Below, piece by piece: positions 58,238 through 64,000 of a stretch of DNA of 64,000 nt. Made by a program: the position numbers and the translations under genes. The stretch lies in the IMG/VR virus record IMGVR_UViG_3300021400_000552, positions 32,001 to 96,000 of that record; one strand, written 5' to 3'. The stretch's first letter is position 1. The number at the start of each line of letters is the position of its first letter. Below the pieces are notes generated by a model, which saw nothing but the letters and a program-made list of their open reading frames with translations, was not told the origin of the DNA and ran no database searches. The DNA is from a virus (taxonomy: Duplodnaviria > Caudoviricetes).

Positions 58238-59155
58238 TTAACTATTCCATAATTCTATAAAGCGATAAAATTGCTCTCTTTTTGTTTTTGTTAATCTATC
58301 CCCATTGAAACAATATTCCAGTATGTGTGCACGATCACTATTTGCCGAATGATGCTGGTAGAAATCATATAATTTACCCATATAATATATGTCTTTCAGT
58401 TTGAGCCGCAATCCACGCATATTATAAATCACCATCATGTTCTGTCGGCGTATTTCTCCTGGTGCATTTCTCCCATTATCAATCAAATATTGATTTAACG
58501 GCAAAACCTCTTGCATATTTGCATGTTGATAACAATAATTACGACATGTTGCAACCTTTGCAATTAAATCTGAAAATTCGTCATATACGATCACAATCCT
58601 ATCGTTTGTGATAATTGCAATATTTTGTTCCGTTATTTTTACATTATCGACAGTTAAGGAAATTGCTTCATTTGGGGAAAACCCTTGATATATCAACATA
58701 GCATACGCTGTTGCAATTTCATCGATTGATAGTTCATCCGAATATTCTACGCGCTTGGTAAGTCTAGACCGTAATTTGATTGTAAATTCTTGTGGGGTAT
58801 AAAAAATTTCGATATTACTGCACTGCAAAAAAATCTTTTTAAGATCTACATTTTCTTCAACATATGCTTTAGCATAAGGCTGCAATAGGCCCTGGTTTAA
58901 CGCCCATCTTTTATAATCTTTAATGTCATAATATCTTGTGCGAAAAGTCATAAATGACGATATGTTGCTTTTCTTTATTACTTCTGGTAGTAAAATATCA
59001 AAAGGAATATCGTAAATGTCTGTATCATGTTTGCTTTCGCATTCGAAAAGAATGTCAAAAATTCTTTGTGCATTCCTTCTTTTCGCATCGCTCTCCAACG
59101 ATTTACAATAGCTCAGTTTGACATCTTGGTTATATATTTTTGCATTACTCGCCAT
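58238..59155 (-). CDS. Catalytically degenerate integrase-fold protein (MrpR/YopR-like repressor)
   Basis: YN...K..Y N-terminus, E....D.YD, LIYQGF...EAISL...NV (box I without Arg), DIYYMG in place of HxLRHS. Start ATG 59155 after GAGGTG. Confidence 0.6.
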   Translation of the reverse strand: MASNAKIYNQDVKLSYCKSLESDAKRRNAQRIFDILFECESKHDTDIYDIPFDILLPEVIKKSNISSFMTFRTRYYDIKDYKRWALNQGLLQPYAKAYVEENVDLKKIFLQCSNIEIFYTPQEFTIKLRSRLTKRVEYSDELSIDEIATAYAMLIYQGFSPNEAISLTVDNVKITEQNIAIITNDRIVIVYDEFSDLIAKVATCRNYCYQHANMQEVLPLNQYLIDNGRNAPGEIRRQNMMVIYNMRGLRLKLKDIYYMGKLYDFYQHHSANSDRAHILEYCFNGDRLTKTKREQFYRFIELWNS

Positions 59156-59189
59156 CAATACACCTCGTGCGTAACTTCGATTTAATCGC

Positions 59190-59219
59190 ATTTTATATGT
59201 ATCGATGGCCGCTTGTCAA
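59190..59219 (-). promoter_or_regulatory. sigmaA-type promoter of MrpR-like gene
   Basis: Minus strand TTGACA-N18-TAAAAT. Confidence 0.65.
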
Positions 59220-59228
59220 TGGCAAATC

Positions 59229-59639
59229 TTAAGTAACGTAAGTACGTATACTTTTTAATTGTTCCATAGATAAATATTGAATCAGTGGGATGCTGATCAT
59301 GCTTGCGATGGATATTTGCTCCATGTATTCTTTCGGTAAATGCCCCATATAGCAACGTATGCTATCTTTATCGATGGTGCAGACTGATTCACATTGCACA
59401 ACGCTATCTTTAGTAAGCCCGGCTACTCCAGCCGGTATTTTAACATGTGTTGGAAGGCTAGATTTTTTACATCTGCTTGTTAACGGAAAAACTTGTACCG
59501 TTGGGCTATGATAGTTCCCAATATTATTTTGCACTATCACGGCCGGTCTAATCCCTCTTTGAACATGACCCTTGCCATTTAATTCAACCCATACCAAATC
59601 TCCTAACTTAACACTGTTCTTATTCACCTTGACCACCAT
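59229..59639 (-). CDS. mazF: PemK/MazF family endoribonuclease
   Basis: GD..W..L...G.VQ.G.RPAVIVQN.IGN..SPT....LTS..K..LPTHV..GL.KDS....E...IDK, collinear with Firmicute MazF. Catalytic Arg and Thr are retained. Confidence 0.9.
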   Translation of the reverse strand: MVVKVNKNSVKLGDLVWVELNGKGHVQRGIRPAVIVQNNIGNYHSPTVQVFPLTSRCKKSSLPTHVKIPAGVAGLTKDSVVQCESVCTIDKDSIRCYMGHLPKEYMEQISIASMISIPLIQYLSMEQLKSIRTYVT

Positions 59640-59719
59640 ATACCCTTATATAGTTATATTTTATTTTCATATGTATTATACTATATAAATAGCGGTTTAT
59701 TGTCCCCTTTTATAGAAAA

Positions 59720-60001
59720 TTATATCTTTTTTGCATTAAAAGTATAAATGTTATTTTGGTGATCTGTAATGGTGATTAGGTCTCGATTAAATGGCAGTTC
59801 TTCTATACTGAAATTTAATAATGAATCAAGGACACACACACTGTCGCCACTATTAGACGTTAATATAAGATGACCGTAACGATCAAGTTCAACATATGTG
59901 TATGTGTTCGTAAACTGCATTGTGATATGATCATTGATATAATATTCCTGATGATAGGTTAGTGACTGATATTTCTTTAGAACGTCATATAGTTTTTCCA
60001 T
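59720..60001 (-). CDS. Hypothetical protein under LexA-box promoter
   Basis: GGAG RBS; downstream of the SOS-box promoter. Confidence 0.6.
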   Translation of the reverse strand: MEKLYDVLKKYQSLTYHQEYYINDHITMQFTNTYTYVELDRYGHLILTSNSGDSVCVLDSLLNFSIEELPFNRDLITITDHQNNIYTFNAKKI

Positions 60002-60036
60002 TATCGCGTCTCCGATATTGTGCTGCTGATGAAAAA

Positions 60037-60065
60037 ATTATATTACGAACGTGTGTTCTCGTCAA
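60037..60065 (-). promoter_or_regulatory. sigmaA promoter with LexA (Cheo/SOS) box in the spacer
   Basis: TTGACG-N17-TATAAT. The spacer contains CGAACGTGTGTTCT (60046-60059), a 13/14 match to the Bacillus consensus CGAACRNRYGTTYG. Confidence 0.75.
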
Positions 60066-60084
60066 GATTTGTGGCCTGCAGTTG

Positions 60085-60399
60085 CTAATAGGCGGTAAGT
60101 ATCTGCCCTATTTTCTTGTTTTTCCAAGTATTTAATTCTTTTCGAGTACGGAACATATTTGGCATATCGTTAAAATCATATACACCGAAATCCCTAAGTA
60201 TAGCTATTGTCATATGTATATCTGTCTGCTCCGGCGGTAAATTTAAGATGTCTTCTGGCTGACAAGAAATATCTGTAACACAGTGAGAGCGCCCAAGTTT
60301 AACAACCCCCTTATGTTTCTCTCGGCATTCTGAAGAACAGAATATTTGCCTTTTTGAATACGGCTCAAATGTCGTACCGCAAATCGGACATTTATTCAT
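60085..60399 (-). CDS. Zinc-finger hypothetical protein
   Basis: CPICG..F......FCSSEC; GAGGGGG RBS before ATG 60399. Confidence 0.6.
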   Translation of the reverse strand: MNKCPICGTTFEPYSKRQIFCSSECREKHKGVVKLGRSHCVTDISCQPEDILNLPPEQTDIHMTIAILRDFGVYDFNDMPNMFRTRKELNTWKNKKIGQILTAY

Positions 60400-60610
60400 T
60401 GCGATCAACCCCCTCATCATATCGTTTGAGTATTTCATTTGTTACCATAATATGCGTATGTCCATTTAACATATAATTTTCGTGAATATAATCATGTGCA
60501 ATCGTATACAACTGCTTTTTACTCATTTTCGATTTGTACTTTTTCAAATAATCTTCAAGCCCCATCTTCCTGACTTCAGATGCGACGATTTTGTGTGAAT
60601 TATTGCCCAT
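60392..60610 (-). CDS. Hypothetical protein
   Basis: GAGGTG RBS. Confidence 0.55.
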   Translation of the reverse strand: MGNNSHKIVASEVRKMGLEDYLKKYKSKMSKKQLYTIAHDYIHENYMLNGHTHIMVTNEILKRYDEGVDRNE

Positions 60611-60619
60611 ATATCACCT

Positions 60620-60811
60620 CTATTTAATATTTGATAATATCTTAATGTACATTTCTGCAGCCTTTGTATCACCAACGAGCATTGCCTGTCTCACCTTTTC
60701 CTGATAAAACTCTTTGTCTCTTTTCTTTTTTCTACTTTGTACAACAAAAAGTGTACCCCAAATACCACCAATTACAAAAAACTGAACAATACTCGCACTA
60801 ATCATTATCAC
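60620..60811 (-). CDS. Small membrane protein
   Basis: N-terminal TM helix followed by a basic cluster. Confidence 0.5.
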   Translation of the reverse strand: MIMISASIVQFFVIGGIWGTLFVVQSRKKKRDKEFYQEKVRQAMLVGDTKAAEMYIKILSNIK

Positions 60812-61222
60812 TCACCCCTTCTTATATTCGTCTTTTACAAATCTCTTCACTTCGCCTAAAAAATTATACTTATCAGACACTAAATACTTGAACGCAGTTT
60901 CATCCTCCATCATCTTTTGAGCAATGGCAATATAACTTAACTCCCAAATATTACATTCTGCCATACCAGGAAAACAATTCCGAATTTCTTCAATGACCTT
61001 ATCCTGATCATAAGTATCAATTAACCGCGATTTATTTCCGTCATATTTGTTTATTTGTAGTGGCACATTATAATTGCCGCGATGGTATTCTTCATTTTTT
61101 AATTCTTGAGCATTTGATTCAATGCCACTTGCCACCACACTTCCAAATATCATTCCTATTCCTGCTAAAAATCTAAGCGGCGTCGACGGATCTCTACCTT
61201 CGCTCACTTTATTCACCCCCAT
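60812..61222 (-). CDS. Hypothetical protein with N-terminal hydrophobic segment
   Basis: Operon packing; FLAGIGMIFGSVVASG. Confidence 0.5.
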   Translation of the reverse strand: MGVNKVSEGRDPSTPLRFLAGIGMIFGSVVASGIESNAQELKNEEYHRGNYNVPLQINKYDGNKSRLIDTYDQDKVIEEIRNCFPGMAECNIWELSYIAIAQKMMEDETAFKYLVSDKYNFLGEVKRFVKDEYKKG

Positions 61223-61271
61223 TCAAATCACTTATTTATTTCACTTAGAATTATTATAACTCTTCTTTTGC

Positions 61272-61481
61272 TCACAATGAGCGACCGCTTCTGTAATTTC
61301 CAATTAAAATACCACTATTAATTTCACTTTTATCATTTACAATCTCTACTCCCGCCTCTACCATACGCCGTTTGTATTCCGGGTACGACCAGATATCATC
61401 GTAACGAGTCAACCAATAATCAAATAACTCCGACTCCGTACAGGCTATTATTTTGTTATTAACAACTATCATTTTCCCCAA
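61272..61481 (-). CDS. Hypothetical protein
   Basis: GAGG RBS; overlap with the neighbouring gene. Confidence 0.5.
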   Translation of the reverse strand: MGKMIVVNNKIIACTESELFDYWLTRYDDIWSYPEYKRRMVEAGVEIVNDKSEINSGILIGNYRSGRSL

Positions 61482-61708
61482 CTATCCTCAAAATCATCTA
61501 ACATTTTTTGCGCAACTATTCTATCAGACTCATGAGCTTCTTCGTATTTTGCAACAACTCGTAATGCTTTTATCAATACAGACATTTCTAAATTGGTTAG
61601 TGACAATTCCCACGATTTAATAACATAATCGTTGAAATCTTCGTTCCACATCTCTTTTCTTACCAGATGCATTCTATTTCCTTTCCCCATAACTACAAAA
61701 ATCTTCAT
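61469..61708 (-). CDS. Hypothetical protein
   Basis: Operon packing. Confidence 0.45.
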   Translation of the reverse strand: MKIFVVMGKGNRMHLVRKEMWNEDFNDYVIKSWELSLTNLEMSVLIKALRVVAKYEEAHESDRIVAQKMLDDFEDSWGK

Positions 61709-61750
61709 CTTGCCACGCTCAATACTTGGATTTCGTTTGCAACCTTTCGT

Positions 61751-62029
61751 TCATGCTTTACCATCATCTATGCGCCCAACGTGGCAATATCCATCTGGCC
61801 TGGTTTCCCAATGGTAATAGTCACAAATATATCCTTGATCGCATGGAATCTGATTACCGGTATCATAGTAATACATACAATCTTTACATCGGACCACAGA
61901 TTCTGTGTCTTCTACTTGCTTTAGGGATTCGATTGCCATGTTGAGTGCTTTCCTGTAGGTTCCCGATAGACTATCATGGTGAAGCCTCATGTCATCCCGT
62001 ATCATTTTGATTGCTTCTTCATTCGTCAT
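61751..62029 (-). CDS. Small Cys-rich phage protein (VVRCKDC family)
   Basis: MTNEEAI.. N-terminus; VVRCKDC..C..DGYC..G.R. Confidence 0.7.
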   Translation of the reverse strand: MTNEEAIKMIRDDMRLHHDSLSGTYRKALNMAIESLKQVEDTESVVRCKDCMYYYDTGNQIPCDQGYICDYYHWETRPDGYCHVGRIDDGKA

Positions 62030-62241
62030 GCTTCACCATCCTCTCTGCGCTCTCCGTAGGAACAAAAGTCAGCCGCACTCGGTCTGATTCCATCGTCCGC
62101 AAATTCCATGCACCGTCCATCTGCTATCATGTGTTTGCACTCTCCGCATCTGACTATCTCGCTACGAATAATATCCGCCCGTGTTTCCGCATCTGCGTTT
62201 GCAAAGTCTTCGTCGCTTATTTGTACAATAAATGTTCTCAT
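62026..62241 (-). CDS. Small Cys-rich phage protein (VVRCKDC family)
   Basis: IVRCGEC..C..DFCSYGERR. Confidence 0.7.
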   Translation of the reverse strand: MRTFIVQISDEDFANADAETRADIIRSEIVRCGECKHMIADGRCMEFADDGIRPSAADFCSYGERREDGEA

Positions 62242-62519
62242 GCTTCGCCTTCCTCTCTGCGCAATCCATCAGCGCAATAGTATGTGTCCTCCATGTAACC
62301 ACGGTGTATCGAACACCACAGCCGTCCTGTGTATTCGTCTCTCTCCCTTGTCCGTATGCAGTCCTTGCATCTAACAACCGGGACGCAGGATTCCAGAACC
62401 ATCCGCAGTTCATCACAGGCTGACCATCCGAGATACACATCGTTTTCACCTTTGAGGATGGCGAGATACCGTTGTTGCCTGTCACGCACTATTTCTTCCC
62501 ATGTTTTCATTGTCACCAC
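62238..62519 (-). CDS. Small Cys-rich phage protein (VVRCKDC family)
   Basis: VVRCKDC..C..YYCADG.RR. Confidence 0.7.
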   Translation of the reverse strand: MVTMKTWEEIVRDRQQRYLAILKGENDVYLGWSACDELRMVLESCVPVVRCKDCIRTRERDEYTGRLWCSIHRGYMEDTYYCADGLRREEGEA

Positions 62520-62521
62520 CT

Positions 62522-63160
62522 CTACTTGAAATCTTTGTACTTGATTTTCACAATGATTCGCTTTCCCCTACGGTCTCTCAGTTCCACCTTCGGTCTGCCT
62601 ACCACACCTTCCATATCTGCTGTCCCGATAGTTGACTTCGGATGACCTTTGATATATTCAACGCCGTCGTCAAGTGTCCCCTCCAAGACGATTGGGACAA
62701 CATCTACTCCGAACGTCTTGGCTATATCCTCTACAGAATCTCTTCTTAAGTACATGTCGTCTCTTGGGGCGTATACGTCGAAAAGGATGAAGTCTACTCC
62801 GTTGGGGATGTATGATCCACCCTTCTGGATCTTCGCCCCGTATCCCTCACCGAACAGCACTACTTCCATGTCGCCAAATTTCTGCTCGAACAATTGCTCG
62901 TTCTCATCGCCACCGAACAGATCGTTCAGCCTGTCCAGAAGAAATGTCGGAATCTGCGCCTTCGCTGTCCTTCCTTGAATGTGGATCTTGTGTCCGTCCC
63001 AATAGATCCCGATGTTGGTTCCATCGATCTTCTCTGTAAACTGCCACTTGATGTCTTTTAAGGACTCCACCGTTGCGTCCCGGAACACCCCCGGCATTAA
63101 CTTCTTCGACCCCTCAAGATCTCTCTGATATAATGTCTCTATCTTGTGATACTCATACAT
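62522..63160 (-). CDS. ATP-dependent RNA ligase (Rnl2-like nucleotidyltransferase domain)
   Basis: Y.KI, TEKIDGTN, LFGEGYG, F.LFDV, VVP, EGVV.R, KIK. Confidence 0.85.
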   Translation of the reverse strand: MYEYHKIETLYQRDLEGSKKLMPGVFRDATVESLKDIKWQFTEKIDGTNIGIYWDGHKIHIQGRTAKAQIPTFLLDRLNDLFGGDENEQLFEQKFGDMEVVLFGEGYGAKIQKGGSYIPNGVDFILFDVYAPRDDMYLRRDSVEDIAKTFGVDVVPIVLEGTLDDGVEYIKGHPKSTIGTADMEGVVGRPKVELRDRRGKRIIVKIKYKDFK

Positions 63161-63318
63161 TCTTCTTCCCTCTCATCCTCTCGCTTTAATCTCCGTTTTG
63201 CGATTCGTCTATTCTGCTTCTTCGCTTTGCTCCACCCGTGATGGTTGTTCGCCCAACAAGCGAACCGTCTTGCGAATCTGTCTTCTTCCGTGAGCCGTTT
63301 GAGTCTGCTTCTGCTCAT
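63139..63318 (-). CDS. Small basic protein (59 aa, not in ORF track)
   Basis: MSRSRLKRLTEEDRFARRFACWANNHHGWSKAKKQNRRIAKRRLK...; starts at an ATGA junction. Confidence 0.6.
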   Translation of the reverse strand: MSRSRLKRLTEEDRFARRFACWANNHHGWSKAKKQNRRIAKRRLKREDEREEECMSITR

Positions 63319-63515
63319 GCTTCACCATCCACTTCGAAAGATTCGCCATTGACCCTGTTCATTAAGTCCAATCCCCCAATGATATAGGCGAGTTGTGCAG
63401 TATGTTCCATAGCGTCCATACGCTCTATTTCGTCATCACTCATTAGGGCGTCCCTCAGATTGATCAGACGAATCAACGCTTCGCCCTGTTGCCTTGCAGT
63501 AATTATCTTCATCAC
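63315..63515 (-). CDS. Hypothetical protein
   Basis: Junction overlap at both ends; ends DGEA. Confidence 0.6.
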   Translation of the reverse strand: MMKIITARQQGEALIRLINLRDALMSDDEIERMDAMEHTAQLAYIIGGLDLMNRVNGESFEVDGEA

Positions 63516-63937
63516 TCACCATCCTCTCTAACCATCCTCGCTCCGCACCGAGAACAGTATTTCTGACATTTCTCAAATCGCCCTGCTCCGCATTGGTCAC
63601 ATTCGTAATGCCATTTAGTTACGTTTGGCGTTTCTTGGTCTATCACCTTTACCCACTTCCCAGTTTTCGGCTTTGCTATCTTGTCGACTATCTCATTGAC
63701 TATCTCATTGACTTTCTCATTGACCAAATCTTCCATATCGTCTCGGTCTATTCTGATTTGTGCAATGCACTTGGTCTTCGGCTCTGCTGATGGGACTTCT
63801 TCGATAACCCTGTTTTTCTTTTCCTTTTTTGCTTTTTCTCGCTCCCACGCTTTCAATGCTTCACACCGCCTTGCCGACACGCACATATCGTAACAATCAT
63901 AACTTGGTTCGATTCCTACGTTTGTACACCCAATCAT
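63512..63937 (-). CDS. Phage protein with C-terminal zinc ribbon
   Basis: KTGKW..YECDQCG...YCSRCGARM. Confidence 0.7.
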   Translation of the reverse strand: MIGCTNVGIEPSYDCYDMCVSARRCEALKAWEREKAKKEKKNRVIEEVPSAEPKTKCIAQIRIDRDDMEDLVNEKVNEIVNEIVDKIAKPKTGKWVKVIDQETPNVTKWHYECDQCGAGRFEKCQKYCSRCGARMVREDGE

Positions 63938-64000
63938 TCCTCACCTCTCATTATCGCTCCACACGCCGGGCAATATGGCGATTTCCACTCGTTGCCCCAC
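63934..64000 (-). CDS. Partial zinc-ribbon phage protein (3' end)
   Basis: ..SPYCPACGAIMRGEE*; ATGA overlap with the next gene. Confidence 0.55.
   Translation of the reverse strand, partial: WGNEWKSPYCPACGAIMRGEE

Larger units (their letters stand above)
61751..63530 (-). repeat. Five copies of gene-junction motif (AGAGA)GGATGGTGAAGCATGA
   Basis: Copies end at 61751, 62026, 62238, 63315 and 63512. Each encodes ..DG(E/K)A* plus the RBS and overlapping start of the next ORF. Confidence 0.75.

Overview
This 64 kb window is part of a large temperate, SPbeta-like siphovirus. Its host is probably an anaerobic Firmicute (Clostridia-like), judged from the class III RNR, sigmaA-type promoters, a Bacillota LexA box and a Firmicute-type tRNA-Cys att core. 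The + strand (1-35.7 kb) carries late genes: a tape-measure gene whose 5' part lies outside the window and is interrupted by a group I intron with a GIY-YIG endonuclease, a distal tail protein, a 4179-aa tail tip/fibre protein, two paralogous LamG proteins, a second fibre, a holin and a three-catalytic-domain endolysin. These converge on a tyrosine integrase and an intact attP containing the 3' half of tRNA-Cys(GCA). The - strand (37.3-64 kb) carries nucleotide metabolism genes (membrane-anchored dUTPase, nrdG, nrdD split by a T4 td-like group IA2 intron, nucleotidase, gmk, ThyX-like), an orphan MTase and the replisome (DnaE, exonuclease, primase, DnaB, AAA ATPase, SSB-like). It also carries a candidate lysis-lysogeny module (LexA-box promoter, small ORF, orphan MazF, catalytically dead integrase-fold MrpR-like repressor) and a GC-richer array of small ORFs joined by a repeated RBS/stop/start junction, which includes an RNA ligase. 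All calls come from reading motifs by eye. No database searches were run.
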